Of a DNA stretch of 64,000 nt, positions 1 to 11,100 are shown piece by piece (the first letter of the stretch is position 1; every line of letters begins with the position of its first letter). The stretch covers positions 960,001 to 1,024,000 of the forward strand of contig CAXXTH010000010.1 of the NCBI GenBank assembly GCA_963668025.2, given 5' to 3'. The translations under genes and the position numbers were made by a program. The notes beneath the pieces are model-generated. The model made no database searches, had not been told where the DNA came from, and worked only from the letters and a program-made list of their open reading frames with translations. The DNA comes from Candidatus Hydrogenedentota bacterium (GTDB lineage Bacteria > Hydrogenedentota > Hydrogenedentia > Hydrogenedentales > SLHB01).

Positions 1-16
1 GGCGGACTGATCGACG

Positions 17-1369
17 ATGAAGCGCAGAGCGGCGGGAAACATGCCGCGTTTCCCGCCGCGTCAATCGTGGAACTCAAATGAGGTAAGCCGCGTGTTGTGC
101 AAAGCCCATAATCGAAGCGCTTTCTTTAAGCTATATGTCCTTATCTGTATAACCGTATATTGCGCCGCATGCGCCGCCGAAGAAGTCTCGATAGATTTTT
201 GGAATGGTTTCACCAGCCGCGATGGGAAATATCTGCAAGCGATTGTGAACCGTTTTAATGAAGAGCAGGCGGGGCGCATCCATGTGAATATGTGCGTGAT
301 GCCGTGGGCGGATTTCTATAGCAAGCTATCGCTGGCCCTGCGCAGCCTTCGCGGGCCGGATGTGGGCCTGGTCCATTATGACTCGATGAGCACGGTGATC
401 GAGCAAGGTATTGTCCTAGATATGACGCCGTATTTGGACCGGTTTCCGATGGATGATTACCTGCCCGTGGCGCGGCAAATCAGTTTCAAAGATGGCAAAC
501 AATACGGAATTCCACTGGATTTTCATCCTTTTGTCTTCTATTGGAATAAAAATATTTTCGAAAAGATAGGGCTGGATCCCGAAAAGCCGCCGCAATCGCG
601 TGCGGAGTTTCTTGATGTCTGTAAAAAAGTCAAAGATGCCCAATTGAAAGTAAATGGGGGAATTGTCCGGCCTTGCACGATGCCGACGGACTGGCCGAAT
701 TACCTCATATGGCAGAGTATTTTCTTTTGCAATGGCGGGCATCTCTTTAATGAAACGTATGACGCCGCCCGGTTTGATTCGGAGGCGGGCGTGGATGCGC
801 TTCAATTCATGTATGACCTCATCTTCAAGTATGGCTATTCGCCCACCAATACGACAGGCAATGAAGGCATGGACCAATTCAAGCGCGGGATGGCGGCGAT
901 GGCGCTGGATGGGGTTTGGATGATGGCGACCTTCAAGGGCACTCCTGGCCTCCGGTTTGGCGCGTGTTCCATGATCAATCTGGGAACGAAGGAGCATGTC
1001 GTCATGACAGGCTCCCACACCATCGTCGCGTTTAAAAAACGGTGGCCGGATAAACGGAAGATCGAGGCGTCGGTCGTGTTCATGAAATATCTGAGCGACC
1101 TCAGCTTGGACCTCTTGAATGCCCACATGATTCCGGCGAGGCGTTCCCTCATCGCATCGGAAGCGTTCTTGTCTGATCCCTATATGGCTCCGCTGGCGCG
1201 GGATGTGGAGCGGTATGTGTTTCCCGACGCCAACTACCGGTATGGCGAAGGAGTGGGCGAGCTTCAACGAAGGCTGAACCTGGTTATCTTAAATAAAGAA
1301 ACCCCTGCGGAAGGATTACATGAAGCGGCGGATATCGCCACAAAAGCATTATCGCAGGATCCGGACTAA
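17..1369 (+). CDS. Carbohydrate ABC transporter substrate-binding protein (SBP family 1)
   Basis: Hydrophobic signal-like stretch then IDFWNGFTSRDG, GPDV, YGIPLDFHPFVFYWNK, AMALDGVW; precedes two permeases. True start may lie downstream of 17. Confidence 0.9.
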   Translation: MKRRAAGNMPRFPPRQSWNSNEVSRVLCKAHNRSAFFKLYVLICITVYCAACAAEEVSIDFWNGFTSRDGKYLQAIVNRFNEEQAGRIHVNMCVMPWADFYSKLSLALRSLRGPDVGLVHYDSMSTVIEQGIVLDMTPYLDRFPMDDYLPVARQISFKDGKQYGIPLDFHPFVFYWNKNIFEKIGLDPEKPPQSRAEFLDVCKKVKDAQLKVNGGIVRPCTMPTDWPNYLIWQSIFFCNGGHLFNETYDAARFDSEAGVDALQFMYDLIFKYGYSPTNTTGNEGMDQFKRGMAAMALDGVWMMATFKGTPGLRFGACSMINLGTKEHVVMTGSHTIVAFKKRWPDKRKIEASVVFMKYLSDLSLDLLNAHMIPARRSLIASEAFLSDPYMAPLARDVERYVFPDANYRYGEGVGELQRRLNLVILNKETPAEGLHEAADIATKALSQDPD

Positions 1370-1372
1370 CCT

Positions 1373-2263
1373 ATGAAACAACGTTTGACTCCATATCTTT
1401 ATATTGCGCCGCATGTGGTGTTTTTTACGGCCTTTATATTGGTTCCATTGGCGGGCGGCTTTTATATCAGCATGCACCGGTGGTCCATCGAGCATGGCCG
1501 GGAAGCCTTTGTGGGCTTGAAATACTACACCAGGCTTTTCGACAGCGACTTCACACGCGGCATTTTCTTCTGGAAATCGCTGTGGGTGTCGTGCCAGTTC
1601 ATTCTGTACTTCGTGCCGCCGCTGGTGGTGATCAGCCTGGCGCTGGCGCTGCTGCTGCACCATTGCAAAAGCAAAGGGCTTCGCATGGGTGCGCAATTCT
1701 GCATCTTAGCGCCGTCCGCGGTGGCCGTATCGGTGACGGCGGTTATCTGGCGCTGGATGCTCGGGTATGAAGCGGGCGTGGTGAATTATCTGCTGGAAGG
1801 CATCGGGATTGCGAAGATCCCTTGGATGGCGGATATTCCATGGGTATGGCTCTCGATAGTGATACCTACGCTTTGGATGGCTTGCGGATGGAGCATGGTG
1901 CTGTTCCTGGTGGGCCTCCAGACGATTCCGCAACAGTTGTATGAAGCGGTCGAGGTGGATGGAGCAAACGCCTTCCAGAAGTTCATTCATATCACGCTGC
2001 CGGGATTGCGTCCCATCACCGTGTTCATTGTGATTACGCAAATCATAGGGGCTTTTAGCTTGTTTGCCCAGCCGCAATTGATCACCAAGGGCGGGCCGGG
2101 AAACGCCACTACGCCCATCATGCTGTATTTGTATGGAGAGGCGTTCAACGGGAAATATCCCCGCGTAGGTTCGTCGGTGGCGATGGCGCTAGTGGCTGGG
2201 ATGGTCGTATTTTCGTTCGTGTCAGCCGTGTATCTCTTAGCGGGTAGAAGGAGGGATGCATAG
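1373..2263 (+). CDS. Carbohydrate ABC transporter permease (MalF/UgpA-like)
   Basis: Multiple TM segments; EAA loop LYEAVEVDGANAFQKFIHITLP. Confidence 0.93.
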   Translation: MKQRLTPYLYIAPHVVFFTAFILVPLAGGFYISMHRWSIEHGREAFVGLKYYTRLFDSDFTRGIFFWKSLWVSCQFILYFVPPLVVISLALALLLHHCKSKGLRMGAQFCILAPSAVAVSVTAVIWRWMLGYEAGVVNYLLEGIGIAKIPWMADIPWVWLSIVIPTLWMACGWSMVLFLVGLQTIPQQLYEAVEVDGANAFQKFIHITLPGLRPITVFIVITQIIGAFSLFAQPQLITKGGPGNATTPIMLYLYGEAFNGKYPRVGSSVAMALVAGMVVFSFVSAVYLLAGRRRDA

Positions 2264-2265
2264 GC

Positions 2266-3105
2266 ATGCGATTGCAACAAAAAACATTAGCGTGGGCGCG
2301 CGCCATGGCCATTATACTGCTCTGCTTGCTCTTTTTGTTCCCGGTGTATTGGGTGGCGATCACCTCATTCAAGCCGGAAGCGGAGACGATTGCGTGGCCT
2401 CCTAAACTATTGCCGCAGCCTTTCACGCTCGACAATTACCGCAATCTGCTGGGCGACATGACGGACACGCCCGTGCTGTTGTGGTTCCGAAACAGCTTGA
2501 TCGCCGCGACATGCTTTTCCTTGTTGTCCGTGACGATCAGCCTGCTGGCTGGCTACGCCGTGGCGCGGATGGAATTCGTGGGGAAAAAGCTCTATGTTTC
2601 GCTGCTGCTGTTCGCGATGGCGGTGCCGGGCATCATTCTGTTGTTTCCCTCTTTCATCGTGGTGGATGCGCTGGGGTGGCTCGATACGTTCTACGCCATT
2701 ATTTTGCCCCATTTGGCGGGTACGTTCGGCATTTTGCTGTTCGCCCAATTCCTGAAAAAATTTCCCCGCGATTTGGAGGAAGCCGCCTTTATCGATGGAG
2801 CGAATACACTGCAAGTGTTGTGGCATGTGATTTTCCCGCATGTGAAGCCCATTGCCTTGACGCTGGTGGTGCTCGGTTTCATGGGGAATTGGAACGATTA
2901 TTTCTGGCCGTTAATTGTGCTGTTTTCGCCGGGCATGCGCACCCTGCCGATTGGCATGGCGACCCTGCAAGGGCGGTATGAGCAGTTCTACGGCACCATG
3001 ACCGCAGGCGCCGCGATCATGGCGCTGCCTTCCATTTTATTGTTTGCTGGCATCATGAAGTATTACGTGCAAGCCATCAGTATGGCGGGCGCAATAAAGG
3101 AGTAG
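2266..3105 (+). CDS. Carbohydrate ABC transporter permease (MalG/UgpE-like)
   Basis: EAA loop LEEAAFIDGANTLQVLWHVIFP; WNDYFWPL; TLPIG. Confidence 0.93.
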   Translation: MRLQQKTLAWARAMAIILLCLLFLFPVYWVAITSFKPEAETIAWPPKLLPQPFTLDNYRNLLGDMTDTPVLLWFRNSLIAATCFSLLSVTISLLAGYAVARMEFVGKKLYVSLLLFAMAVPGIILLFPSFIVVDALGWLDTFYAIILPHLAGTFGILLFAQFLKKFPRDLEEAAFIDGANTLQVLWHVIFPHVKPIALTLVVLGFMGNWNDYFWPLIVLFSPGMRTLPIGMATLQGRYEQFYGTMTAGAAIMALPSILLFAGIMKYYVQAISMAGAIKE

Positions 3106-3110
3106 GGGAT

Positions 3111-5903
3111 TTGAACTTAAAAAATGTATCGAGATGGCTGATTGTTTTTGGTGTGGCGGCATGCGGTTTCGGCTTCGCCGCTGAAACCCCGAACAGCGTA
3201 GGGCCCCTGCCCGCGCAGGCTAATTATGCCGTCTTTCCGGGCGAACAAGCCGTAGCGGCGTTTCAAATTCTTCATCCGGGTGAAGGTGAAGCCCAAGCGG
3301 CTGCCCGGCTCTATGTGTGGGATATGTCTGGGCGTTTGGTGGAAACACTGGATCAAACCGCTACTCTTCCCGCGAAGGGAGAGGCTACGGTCTTGTTCAA
3401 GCCAGCCATTCCCGATACGGGATACTATGACGCCCGGTGTGAGGTGCGCATCGGCGACACCGCGCTTAGCCCGGTGTCCATTTCATTTGTCCGGTTGCGG
3501 CAGGCGGGGCCTCGTGAGGGGGAATCTCGCTTCGGCATGTACAGTGCGGGCGATTGGTATACCTTGGAAGACCGCAAGCCGCTGGGATATTACCGCTATT
3601 TCGCCAAGACAGGTTCGCCATGGACCACCACGGATATGTGGTGGGGCGAGGCGCAGCCCAAGAAAAAAGGGCCATACGATTGGAGCCATTTCGACACGCG
3701 TTTCGCGGATTCTAAAGCAGCAGGGCTCAATATGCTGCCCCACTTGTTTGGCATTCCCTTATGGGCGACCTCGCATAAAGATTATAAAAAAGGCGACCGT
3801 TCGTCGGAATATGACGCCCAGTTATATGCGCCAGAAGAAGAATACTGGGAAGACTGGGGCGCGTTCGTGTACGCCTTTGTAGACCGCTACAAAGACGACT
3901 TGACCTACTTGCGCATCTGGAATGAGTTCGATACGGCCTATTGGCGGGGCACCATTCCTGAATTCGCCCGGTTATTGAAGATCGCCTATGAGCAAGCGCA
4001 CCGCGCCAAACCGGACATCAAAATCGTCATTGACATCTCCATGGCGCGTATCCCGGTATACCAGGCGTTGTGGCAGGCGGGCGGCGGTGATTATTGCGAC
4101 ATCATCAGCATTCACAATTACCAGCTCGATAAACTGCTGCCGCCGGAAGAAACCTCCTCTTTTGATGAATACCGGGCATTCGTGGAATGGAGGGATAAGA
4201 CGTGCCCAGGCAAGCCGGTGTGGGACAGCGAGATCTGCTGGCTGTCCGAGCCATGGAGCACGCCGGATTGGTACGGCCATGGCGAAGCCGCCCACGCGCA
4301 GTATACGGTGAGGGGCCTGCTGCTGGGATTCATGGCGGGAATGGAGAAGATGATCTATTTCCCCTACCACTCCTGGTTTATGGAACGGGAAGGCCTCTCC
4401 TATAGCCATGGCGGCGGCCTGGTGCGGCATGACCTCGATCCCCGCCCGGCATTTGCTTCCTATTACACCATGGTCGATATGCTGGCCGACGCCACGTTTG
4501 TGCGCCGGTTGGATGCTGGTTCTGATACCGCCTATCTCGCGGAGTTTAAAAGGGGAAATGGCTTTGTGACCGTGGCGTGGTCCACGGATGAAGCGGGCGA
4601 ATGGGCCACATTGTCGACACCTCAAGCAGAGGTGGACTCCGTGGCGATGCTGGGCCAAGACGAGAAACTCGTGACGCGCAATGGACTCCTGGGCATACCG
4701 TTGACGGGCAGCCCGGTGTATTTGAAGAGCGCGGAGCCATTCGGCGTGGCCTGCGATAAGGCCTTGTTGCATGGGCTAGAAGCTTCTTGGACGATAGGCG
4801 CAGCCGATGCCTCAAGCGCAGCACGTTCCGCCGCGTTGACGCTGGCGCAAACGGATGCGCGTTCGAAGCATGCCTATGTTTCGCTCGAATACGCAGGCGC
4901 TTCCGCAGCCGCCTTTGAAAAACGTATGGATGCCTTCCAAGGTCGTCCGGCGCAAGCGGAAGGCGAGATATGGCTGCCACGAAGCGCCGATTCGGGATTT
5001 GTGCAAGCCCATTGGCGCGTGCAAGAAGAAGGCTGCCCGCCGGTGCGTGTGCCGGTGCGTATTCCGGTAGAGGCTGTGAATCAGCCGGTGTGGCAAGCGG
5101 CTTCCGGGGAAGATACCACAGGCATGAGTCAAGCGCTGGCAGCGCCTGCTTCCGCGCAGGGCGTGTTTATCAGCTTGCCGAAACATCGCGCGTTTGATAT
5201 GAGCTGCAAGGGCCGCAATGGAGAAGAAACCTTCACGATAGCGGAGCAAAAAGGTGTATCCGATGTGGTGTGGCTGCCCATTAATAGGGAACTCCAGCAA
5301 GTGGAGGTTACGTTTAGCCAACTGTTGGTGGAGCCGTCCTTTGAATCCACCGCCAAATTGGCTTTCCCCCAACAGGGAAAGGCCCAGCTTGTCTGGGAAG
5401 ACGGCTCCGTACGCGATTACATGACTATCACCGGAAAGACGGCCCATTCGGGCGCAAAATCCATTGAAATGGCCGGATTGGGCGCGGGGCGCACTCGGCA
5501 TACCGATGAGATCACGAATGTCCAGCAGTTCATTCCGATAAAGCCTGATACATGGTATTCCGTATCCACATGGATGAAGATGCCGAAGACGGAAGATGGA
5601 CAGGGATGCTTGTTTGTCATCAGTGATTCCAAAGAAAAAGGAGTTCTGATGCCCCATACCTATTCCGTGCTGCCTGGCGTGGGAGAAGAGTGGCGTTACG
5701 TGCATGCCACAGTGCGCACCGAGCCATGGCAGAATTTCCTACGTATTTCAGTTTCCCTGCATGGAAATGGGCTGATGTATGTCGATGATGTGATGTGCAT
5801 CGAGGGCAAGCTGCCCACCGATGTGCCGCGTGTTCTGGATATGGCCGTAGTGGATGCGCAAGGCAAGTGGATCGCCTTACAGCCACAAACGAAACAGGAG
5901 TGA
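3111..5903 (+). CDS. Secreted clan GH-A glycoside hydrolase (GH39-like) with C-terminal carbohydrate-binding-like module
   Basis: TTG start after AAGGAG; signal peptide; IWNEFD acid/base, ISIHNY, VWDSEIC nucleophile; C-terminal EPSFE...YVDDV CBM4/9-like sandwich. Confidence 0.75.
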   Translation: MNLKNVSRWLIVFGVAACGFGFAAETPNSVGPLPAQANYAVFPGEQAVAAFQILHPGEGEAQAAARLYVWDMSGRLVETLDQTATLPAKGEATVLFKPAIPDTGYYDARCEVRIGDTALSPVSISFVRLRQAGPREGESRFGMYSAGDWYTLEDRKPLGYYRYFAKTGSPWTTTDMWWGEAQPKKKGPYDWSHFDTRFADSKAAGLNMLPHLFGIPLWATSHKDYKKGDRSSEYDAQLYAPEEEYWEDWGAFVYAFVDRYKDDLTYLRIWNEFDTAYWRGTIPEFARLLKIAYEQAHRAKPDIKIVIDISMARIPVYQALWQAGGGDYCDIISIHNYQLDKLLPPEETSSFDEYRAFVEWRDKTCPGKPVWDSEICWLSEPWSTPDWYGHGEAAHAQYTVRGLLLGFMAGMEKMIYFPYHSWFMEREGLSYSHGGGLVRHDLDPRPAFASYYTMVDMLADATFVRRLDAGSDTAYLAEFKRGNGFVTVAWSTDEAGEWATLSTPQAEVDSVAMLGQDEKLVTRNGLLGIPLTGSPVYLKSAEPFGVACDKALLHGLEASWTIGAADASSAARSAALTLAQTDARSKHAYVSLEYAGASAAAFEKRMDAFQGRPAQAEGEIWLPRSADSGFVQAHWRVQEEGCPPVRVPVRIPVEAVNQPVWQAASGEDTTGMSQALAAPASAQGVFISLPKHRAFDMSCKGRNGEETFTIAEQKGVSDVVWLPINRELQQVEVTFSQLLVEPSFESTAKLAFPQQGKAQLVWEDGSVRDYMTITGKTAHSGAKSIEMAGLGAGRTRHTDEITNVQQFIPIKPDTWYSVSTWMKMPKTEDGQGCLFVISDSKEKGVLMPHTYSVLPGVGEEWRYVHATVRTEPWQNFLRISVSLHGNGLMYVDDVMCIEGKLPTDVPRVLDMAVVDAQGKWIALQPQTKQE

Positions 5904-5909
5904 CAGCGC

Positions 5910-8171
5910 ATGCAGCGAGGCATGTTTCTTTTTACAGGAGTGTTTCTGATGGCGGGAATGGCGATAGCGTCTTCCATACCGATTACGCCAGCGAAGCAAG
6001 TCAAGCCGCGCGGCGAGATCGTGGACCGGATGAAGAAGGCGGTACAGGCGCTCGATGCGGCAACTACCGAAGATATCTGGAATGGTTTTTCCAAGGGCAT
6101 GTGGGGCGGCGACTGGCCGGGCCGCACGCTCGAAGCGTATTCGCGGGTGTCGCTGGCCCTGGGCGGGCCAGCATCCACTAGGTTTGATGAAGTGGGAAAA
6201 GGTTTGCTGTCGCATCTGACGGAAGAAGGCAAATTCGAGACGATCTTCAACGGCAATCCCCATGATTTCAGCAATGGCTTCTGGTTCGGGCAGTGCCGGG
6301 CCATTTTGGGCCTGGTGTGGGCCTACCACTACACCAACGACGAAGAATACAAAAATGCATCGGTGAAGGCGGCGGATTACATCGTGGCGCACTTTTTTGA
6401 TGAAGGCCAGCCCGGCGCACCGAGCCCCTTCTGGTGGGTGGCCACGGAGGCGCTGGGGGAAGTGCAACGCATCACCCAAGACAAGAAATACAGTGAATTC
6501 GCGTTGAAAATCGCCAGCACGATTCCTCCGGCCTCCGCGAATTTTTACGGCCTGCACACCCACTCGTATTTGCTCTCCCTTCGAGGATGTATGTACGCCC
6601 ATGAAACGCTGGGCGATCTGGGCGTGTTGAACAAAGTGCTGGAACAGCATGCCGTATTCCGCGACCGCATCATGTGGCCGGGCGGCGGCATCATCGAGCA
6701 CCTGGGCGGGCGCGGCTGGAATACGTTGAACTACTGGTTTGACGAAGGATGCAGCGTGGATGATTGGCTGGGCTTGAACCTGGATCTGTGGCGAACCACT
6801 GGCGATGCCAAATACATGGATATGGTCGAGCGCATCCATCTGAATCATTTCTATTTTGATCAAGACGCCGCAGGCGGATTCTGCGGAGACCGGGGAGTGG
6901 ACGCCACGCGGGAAGGTTCGCCGTGGCCGTTCTGCTGCTCGATGCACGGCACAAGCACTTTGGCGGAATTGACCCAGTATATCGCCAGCACGGACGGCGC
7001 GCGGGTGTGGGTCAATGTCTTTTTACCTGGAACGGTGACGCTGAAAACCAGCGGCCAGGAAGTGGCGCTTGACCTGGAAACGAAATACCCCGCGGATGGC
7101 AATTTGCATATTGCCGTGGGAGGCGCAGGTAAAGAAGCGTTCCCGCTGTATGTACGCGTGCCAGCTTGGAGCAAGGTGGAGGCGTACACCGTGAATGGCA
7201 AAGCCGTGACGCCTAGCTTCGATGGCGGGTATGCCGTGGTTCCCGTGCGGGTGGGCGATGCCGCCGATATCACGCTGGCGATGCCACTGCGTACGGAAGT
7301 GCGCAACCGTTTCATCGGCGATGGCCCGGATACGGATTATAGCCTCGTGAGCCTGTGGAAAGGCCCACGCCAGCTCGTATACGACCAGACCTTGAACAAT
7401 GGGTTGTGGGACGCTCGTACGGTGCGGCCTGGATTCCGGGAAATCTACGATACCTACGGAGAGATGACACGCGATCAATCTCTAAACAAGACCCCTCTCA
7501 AGATTGGTGAGAAGGAATACAAAAAAGGCTTGGGTGTGCGCTCGGTGAGTGAAATCGCCGTGGCGCTGAATGGCGAGTTCAAAGAATTTGTTTCTGATAT
7601 AGGAGTGGACGCCTGCACCGGCGGCAAAGGCGCGGTGCGTTTCAAGGCATGCGTGGATGGCGTGGTGAAGGGCGGGCAGGAGTCCAAAGCCAGCATAGGC
7701 GGAGCTTCCGACGAAAACATGGTTGAAGCCCTGTATGGATTCCAGGTGGCTTCCATGTCGGGAACGGTTCCGGCGAAAACCATTCGGCTGGATGTGAGCG
7801 GAGCGAAGTCGCTGCGCCTGATCGTCGATGACGCCGTCAATGGCCTGGAAGATGATGTGGCCGACTGGGGTGATGCGCGTTTGGTTAAAGAAGACGGCAC
7901 GGTGGTGTATCTCTCTGATTTGCCCGATAACCGCGCTGAAGGCATGCCCAGCAATTGGGGCGTTGTCACCCTGAAGCCGGTGGAGCCGGAAAAAGATGGC
8001 GTGGTGGCGCTGGAATATCAAATTGATGGAAAAACGTATCCGGTCCGTTTTCACTATCTGGCCGATTTGGGTCATGGCCTGATTGCCCATCGGCCCGTGC
8101 TGCGAAATTATCTGCAAGTAGATCCCAACTGGATGAACAACAACGTGAAGGATCCCTCGATTCATGAATAA
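5910..8171 (+). CDS. GH127/GH146-like beta-L-arabinofuranosidase-family protein with NPCBM/NEW2 domain
   Basis: Signal peptide; HTHS, DEGCS and PFCCS (Zn/Cys nucleophile site), ETKYPADG, VRVPAW; NPCBM motifs KGLG...DWGDARL. Confidence 0.85.
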   Translation: MQRGMFLFTGVFLMAGMAIASSIPITPAKQVKPRGEIVDRMKKAVQALDAATTEDIWNGFSKGMWGGDWPGRTLEAYSRVSLALGGPASTRFDEVGKGLLSHLTEEGKFETIFNGNPHDFSNGFWFGQCRAILGLVWAYHYTNDEEYKNASVKAADYIVAHFFDEGQPGAPSPFWWVATEALGEVQRITQDKKYSEFALKIASTIPPASANFYGLHTHSYLLSLRGCMYAHETLGDLGVLNKVLEQHAVFRDRIMWPGGGIIEHLGGRGWNTLNYWFDEGCSVDDWLGLNLDLWRTTGDAKYMDMVERIHLNHFYFDQDAAGGFCGDRGVDATREGSPWPFCCSMHGTSTLAELTQYIASTDGARVWVNVFLPGTVTLKTSGQEVALDLETKYPADGNLHIAVGGAGKEAFPLYVRVPAWSKVEAYTVNGKAVTPSFDGGYAVVPVRVGDAADITLAMPLRTEVRNRFIGDGPDTDYSLVSLWKGPRQLVYDQTLNNGLWDARTVRPGFREIYDTYGEMTRDQSLNKTPLKIGEKEYKKGLGVRSVSEIAVALNGEFKEFVSDIGVDACTGGKGAVRFKACVDGVVKGGQESKASIGGASDENMVEALYGFQVASMSGTVPAKTIRLDVSGAKSLRLIVDDAVNGLEDDVADWGDARLVKEDGTVVYLSDLPDNRAEGMPSNWGVVTLKPVEPEKDGVVALEYQIDGKTYPVRFHYLADLGHGLIAHRPVLRNYLQVDPNWMNNNVKDPSIHE

Positions 8172-11100
8172 GTACATCGACTTTTCCGAAGGCTGGCAGT
8201 TGGGTTGGATGCCCGAAACGGTATTGGGCCGCTGGAAACAACGCTTTGGCGACTGGGCCGTTACGGATGGCGTGTTGTGGGGCGAGAATCCCTATTTCGC
8301 CCAGATATTCACCAGTATCGAGCCTGCCGATCCGTATTTCTTTGAGGGAACCGTATGCATTGATGGGCCGGATACAGCCGCTTCGGTGATGGTTTGTTTA
8401 TCCGAGGAAAGGAACACCTATTACCAGCTCTTCCTAAAGCCTGGCATGCAGCCTGTTGTGAACTACATCATGGCGGATGCGAAAGAAGGCGAGTTGCTGC
8501 CTCCCGCCGGGCCGGAGATTCAAGCAGGAACCGAGTATACGGTGCGCTTTGAAGTGCTCGCGGATCATACGGAAGCATTCATCGATGGCGTATCGCTCGG
8601 CACGTTTTGCGACAAGCGCCTGGCTGGGCGCATGGCGGGATTCGCCGCGCATGGCGGGCGCGCCCATTTCAAGCATGCCCGGCTGCTGGACGCCGCCAGC
8701 GGCGAAGTGTTGTTTGAGGATGATTTTTCCGAGAACACGCTGAAGCGGGTTGTGCCGGTGGCGCTGGAAGAACTGAAATGCGCGCAATGGATCCCTGCGG
8801 TGGTTCCCGGTACGGTGCATACTTCCTTGCTCGAAGCAGGCATCATCGAAGACCCGTATTACGGTTATAACGGCCCGAAACAAAAATGGGTGGACCAGCA
8901 GCGATGGGTCTACAAAAAGACGTTCCGTGTGCCGGAAGAAGCCCAGGACGCGCCGAATCTGGAATTGGTGTTCGAAGGGATCGATTACCACGGCTATGTA
9001 TGGTTCAATGGCGATTTGCTAGGGTACCACGAAGGCACGCTGCTGCCGAACCGCTTTGATATCACCTCGAAAGTGCGGCGGAAAGGCGATAATGAAGTAG
9101 TGGTGTGCATCCTACCGTGCCCCTTCCCGCCCCATGCCAATATCAAGCCCTACATCACCGAGCGCTGGCATTTCAACATGGATATCGTGACGGCGGGATT
9201 ATGGCGTCCGGTGACGCTCCGGGCGTTTGGCAAGGCCTCCCTGCGGGATGTCCAGGTGATCACGCGTTCCATCGGAGACGATGCCGCGACGCTGGATGTC
9301 TCCTTCACGATCAACAACTGGGCCATGTATCCCTTTGAGATGGACTACACGGTCAAGATCGCTTCGCCGGATGGCGATGAAGTGGCGGAGCAGTCCAGCA
9401 AGGTAGGCTATTTCCACGGCGCGCAACGGCAATCGGTGTGTTTCGAGATCTCGAATCCGCGCCTGTGGTGGCCCAACGGCATGGGCGAACAGCCCTTGTA
9501 TACGCTCGAAGTCAAGGCCTCCTGCCGCGAGAGCGGCTGGGCGAATGCGATCACCAGCACGGAAACGAAGACGCTCCAATTCGGCATACGTATTATCGAG
9601 AAACGCCCGACGCCGGATAAGCAATGGAAATACAACTGGGTATTTGTAGTGAATGGCCGTCCATTCTTCGCGAAAGGCGGGAACTGGATGCCCATCGATC
9701 AAATGTTGCGCCTCGATCCGCAGCATTATGAGCGCCTGCTGACTCGCGCGAAGGATTCGCATGTCAATATGCTCCGCCCGTGGGGCGCGGGGCTGCTCGA
9801 AACGGATGAGTTCTACGCCTGCTGCGACCGGCTGGGCATTTGCGTCTGGCAGGAGTTCCCACTGGCCAACGGCCTCTTCCACAAGATGGACCGGGAAGTA
9901 TGGCGGGAAACTATTGTTTCCAACGTCAAGCGGCTTCGCAATCACCCGTCGCTGTTCGTATGGTGCGGCGGCAATGAATTCGATCCCGATTGCCCGCTGA
10001 ACAAGCCCGTGGTGGATGAGCTGGAATATCTCTGTCAGGAATTCGATCCGACACGCGACTTCCATCGCGCCTGCCCTTATGGCGGGGACAGCCACTCCTA
10101 CCAGGTGAACTGGATGGAAGGGGCCAACTACACCTATTTTACGCGGGATCTATCCGCCGGTGTGACGGAGTTTTCGATGGCGTCGCCGCCCATGATGGAA
10201 TCGTTGTTGCGGATGATGCCGGAAGAGGAGTTCGAGCAGTTTCCCCCCAAAGGGCCGGATCCTCTGGAAGCCTTCCCCTGGAAGGGATGGGAGCCCTCGT
10301 TCCGCGAGGCGGAGAGCGGATTCAGCATGCACGACGCCCATTTATCGCGCGCGTTGATGGTGATGATGCCGTTCATTTCCGAGAGCGGCATTCCGTCCAA
10401 TTGGGATGAATTCATCCGGTACGCCCAGAACAGCCACGGGCTGCTGACCAAGTTCGGCGTCGATTTCTGGCGGTCCCGCTGGCCGAACTGCACGTGCGCG
10501 CTAAGCTGGGTGTTCAATGTGATCTGGCCTAGTTCACTGACCTGGGAATACGTGGATTGGTTCAACGTGCCCAAGATGTCGTATTACGACCAGAAGTGTT
10601 CATTCGAGCCGCTACATGTGGGCGCGGTCTATGACGATATGTTCACGCCCGCAGGCGAGGAATTCCGCGCCAAACTGTTTGTAGCGAATGAACACATGCA
10701 ATCCTACCCTAACGCCGTCCTGGCGGTCCGGCTTCGGGATGTCTTGATGAAGCTGCTGAGCGAAGCCACGAAGGCCGTGGATGCCCCGGCGGATGCCGTA
10801 TGTGCGGGCGGATTTTTCACCTGGCGTATACCATCCGACATGAAAGACGCCGTGCTGTTCCTAACCGTTGATCTGCTGGAGTCGCCAGGCGGCGCGTTAT
10901 TGTCCCGCAGCGTGTACACGCCCCGAGTAGGCGCGCGCTCGATGCGGATGCCGTATCTCGAACATGGGCCATGGATCTGTGATGTCGAGAAAACGCGGAC
11001 CGCGTTGGCGTTCGAGTGGGCGCAGCCGTGGCGGGAAGATGCGGAAGGCTTCGCGGCGGAAGTGGTGATTCGCAATACAGGTGAAATCCCGGCGTACCGG

